Shown: positions 61,380 through 64,000 of the stretch, one piece after another
Position numbering within the stretch: position 1 is the first letter of the stretch
How the letters are laid out: each line of letters starts with the position of its first letter
Origin: Amphiscolops sp. MND2022
Taxonomy: Eukaryota
NCBI GenBank assembly: GCA_964187785.1
Contig: OZ076409.1
Coordinates: 66,652,001 to 66,716,000, forward strand
Length of the DNA: 64,000 nucleotides
Reading direction: 5' to 3'
Made by a program: the position numbers and the translations under genes
Notes under the pieces: model-generated
The model's database searches: none
The model's input: the letters and a program-made list of their open reading frames with translations, nothing else
What the model was told of the DNA's origin: nothing

Positions 61380-63700
61380 TCCCCTCGCTTTCAACGCTGC
61401 TTCTGCCATTTTTGCCGTATGATTTCCTCGATTTATTACGCTTCCATTGTGCTCTACAGTGTCCTAGTGATGTTTTTTCAATTTTTCGACACGAAATCTA
61501 GTAGTAATTCATGGCTTTGTCAGCTTTCCCGGCCTATTATTGAAGTCTAGGGTCTCATCGGATGGATCTTCCCTATCTATATGTTCCACTGCTGTAATGT
61601 CGGTTCCACACTGTGGGTTTTAAATTTGTTGTTTACTATGAATTAACGTCGAACTAACTTACTTTTGGTTAAGTAGCAACGAACTGTGTTGATTTAGTTT
61701 ACCCTCGTCGGTTCGTTTTGTAACTGTTTCTTAATTGATGGATCCCATAGGTGTGCGTATTGCTTCAATCCTATCACTTGTATTTCATTGACTGGTTGAT
61801 CGTATGATAGTTCGATCGTTCTTCCGTATATATACAATCGAAAAATCACAAGTCTCCTAGACTATTGAGAGTATTTCCAGCTCATTAATTTCGTATTTCT
61901 TTTCAGGGTTCATTGAAAAAGCACTTGTAAAACCAATCAGTTTCAAATCTCCAACTTCCTGACTGTGGCACAAAGTCGCGCCCAATTTTTTTGTACTGGC
62001 ATTTCTAATTTGGATTTTGTTCGCTGATGTATAAAGCGCGAAAAATGGTATTTTCGTAGTTCTTTTAAGTTTTCGAAAGCTTCGGTTGGTTCCTCCGTCT
62101 GAAACCATTTGTTGTGTTTTTACAGTATATTTTGCAGGTTTTTTTAAAGGAATTTGAAAGAATGTTGTATAGCCCCCAAGAACGATTTCCGCTTTTTTCG
62201 TCATTGGATTTTATTCTATTTTCCGATTAAAGCGTCCAGGTTGTTCCGTATTCTTTTTGATTGATTTTGTGTCACATATATTCGACTTAGTTTATCAAAC
62301 TTTCGCGTTTCTTTGGGTTCAATCTGTAAGCTGTTTAGTTTTTATCGTACTTCTCATCCATGTGTCTCAATGACACCTTCTGGTCACTAATATAATATCG
62401 TTCAACCAAGCCGAATGTTTAATGTTTGTATTCTAAATTAGGGTTTATTCGCTCCTGAAACATTGTAGTGATTCCGTAAAAGTCTTTTTTGCCAAAATAT
62501 ACATGTTTTTATGCCTGATTTATGTCCAATTTGTCCATGTGCGTATTCGATTGCTAGTTTCGTTCATGGGTTTTCTCACTCAGTGTCGTCCGACACTTTT
62601 TGTGATATTAGGGCTATAAATTCGTCCATATTTGGCTTTGAGGTTTTCTTTACTGTGTTTACTCGATTCTAGCGTCTAGGGCATTTTTACTCCCTTCATT
62701 GTGATAACTGCGGGGCTTTAAATGCAACCTTCGGTTATTAGAGTAGCCCGATTCATTTGGCGGTTTTCTATCAAGCGATTTAATTCACCCACCAATTGGT
62801 CAAGTAAACGGACCGGAAATGAAGTTAAAGTATACTTGTGCTTCTCTTCAAGGTACTTTTATGAAAAGTCTTGAGAATCGTTTTCAGCTCTTAAATTTAC
62901 CCCTGTCGTCTTGTTTTGTGTTGTTTATTGTCATGTTTTCGATCCGAGTGCGTAGTTTTTTTCCAAGCTGTTGAAACTAATGTAGTTCATTCGACAGTGG
63001 TGTTCTTGACTTTGTAATGAAAACCGTAGTTAAATTGCCTTTTCGTTCATTTCAACGGTTGCTTTTGTTCCGCAACTTCAGTTTATTTGCTAACAACCCT
63101 GTAATTTGCCTTGAGTGGTCAAACTTTGAATACTTCGTTGTAATTCTTATGGTCTTTTACTGGTGATGATTTTGCTTTCCCTTATGTCTCAAATTAGTAA
63201 TCTCCCCTTTTCTGCAGTTTTCTGATTGGCAGATTATGCTGAACAATTAGGTTGTCTTAGCCAATTTGATGCGCCCTAATGACCACAGCGGTTGTTTCTG
63301 TTTTTTGTTTTTCGGCTTACCGGTCGTTTTTTGTTCTCACGTAATTGGTTCTGCCTGACCATCGTCGTACTTTTAGCGTCTCTTGTACGTGCTTGACCGT
63401 ATTCATGTGTCAGTTCAGTTATCGCCTAAATTAACATGTTCTTTGTTCTTAACTTTTTCTCCAATTCGTAATCTCAGGTTTATTAGCTGCCTTGTATTTT
63501 GAAGCAGTAAGTTTGGCGGGTGTTACGGAGGGTTTGGAGCAGTTGTTGTTGACGCGTTTTCGTAGCATCAAGTCTACAATCGACTCGTCATCTCCAGCAC
63601 AAATTGATAGTGGAAGACATTAATGCTGTGTAAGTTATAAATTCTAACATTCTGGATGTTGAGTCCAAACGTCTTTAATAATTTTAAAAGACTTGTTTTA
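61380..63700 (-). mobile_element. Highly degenerate Gypsy (Mag-like) gag-pol remnant
   Basis: RT remnant AWLNDIILVT (~62412-62383), RNase H KKYEINELEILSIV (in ORF 61857-62204); boundaries approximate. Confidence 0.75.
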
Positions 63701-64000
63701 AGTCGTCATCATTTGTGGACACATAGAGTAATGAGAGACCTTCAAAATTGGAGATTCGAAAAATACGGTCCCATTTGTACCAGCCCGCTATAATGTAATT
63801 TTTGACGTTATATCGGAAGTGAATTGTGTTTTTCTAAAGAGGAAGCATAGGTTCGAAAGAATTGCGCTATATCCGAATTTTGACGTTACATCCGAAGTAG
63901 TTTGCGTTTTGCCAAGGAGGTAAATTTTCGATTAAGCGTTTATTGTTTTTATTGTTAGTCAATTGAAGGCGGAAAATATCCCGGTGCGTAGCGGGCGTCT

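Overview
Repeat-rich animal (invertebrate-type) genomic DNA; species not determinable from the window. Host genes: a 7-exon alpha-1,6-fucosyltransferase (FUT8, minus strand, 58012-20877, ~570 aa, introns full of transposons), an intronless class A GPCR (18015-19205, minus) and a decayed paralogue of it. Most notable is the Ty3/Gypsy LTR retrotransposon whose 3' half fills 1-9235. Between integrase and its 3' LTR it carries (i) an intact 5-exon ANTISENSE gene (1269 aa) for a BED-like zinc finger plus an apparently catalytically dead hAT-transposase-like fold, and (ii) a sense ORF with a SUMO-interacting-like motif and CxxC that ends inside the LTR. Three solo LTRs of the family with perfect 5-bp TSDs fix the LTR boundaries. 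They show that the LTR starts with a conserved hairpin, encodes the putative gag N-terminus, and has no polypurine tract upstream (a 3' splice-site-like sequence is there instead). Also present: three degenerate Mag-like Gypsy elements, many Helentron-like non-autonomous elements (one holding a 3.35-kb 21/22-bp satellite), nested MITEs, two orphan ORFs nested in a FUT8 intron, and a possible GG-AG intron in FUT8. All homology calls are by eye; no searches were run.
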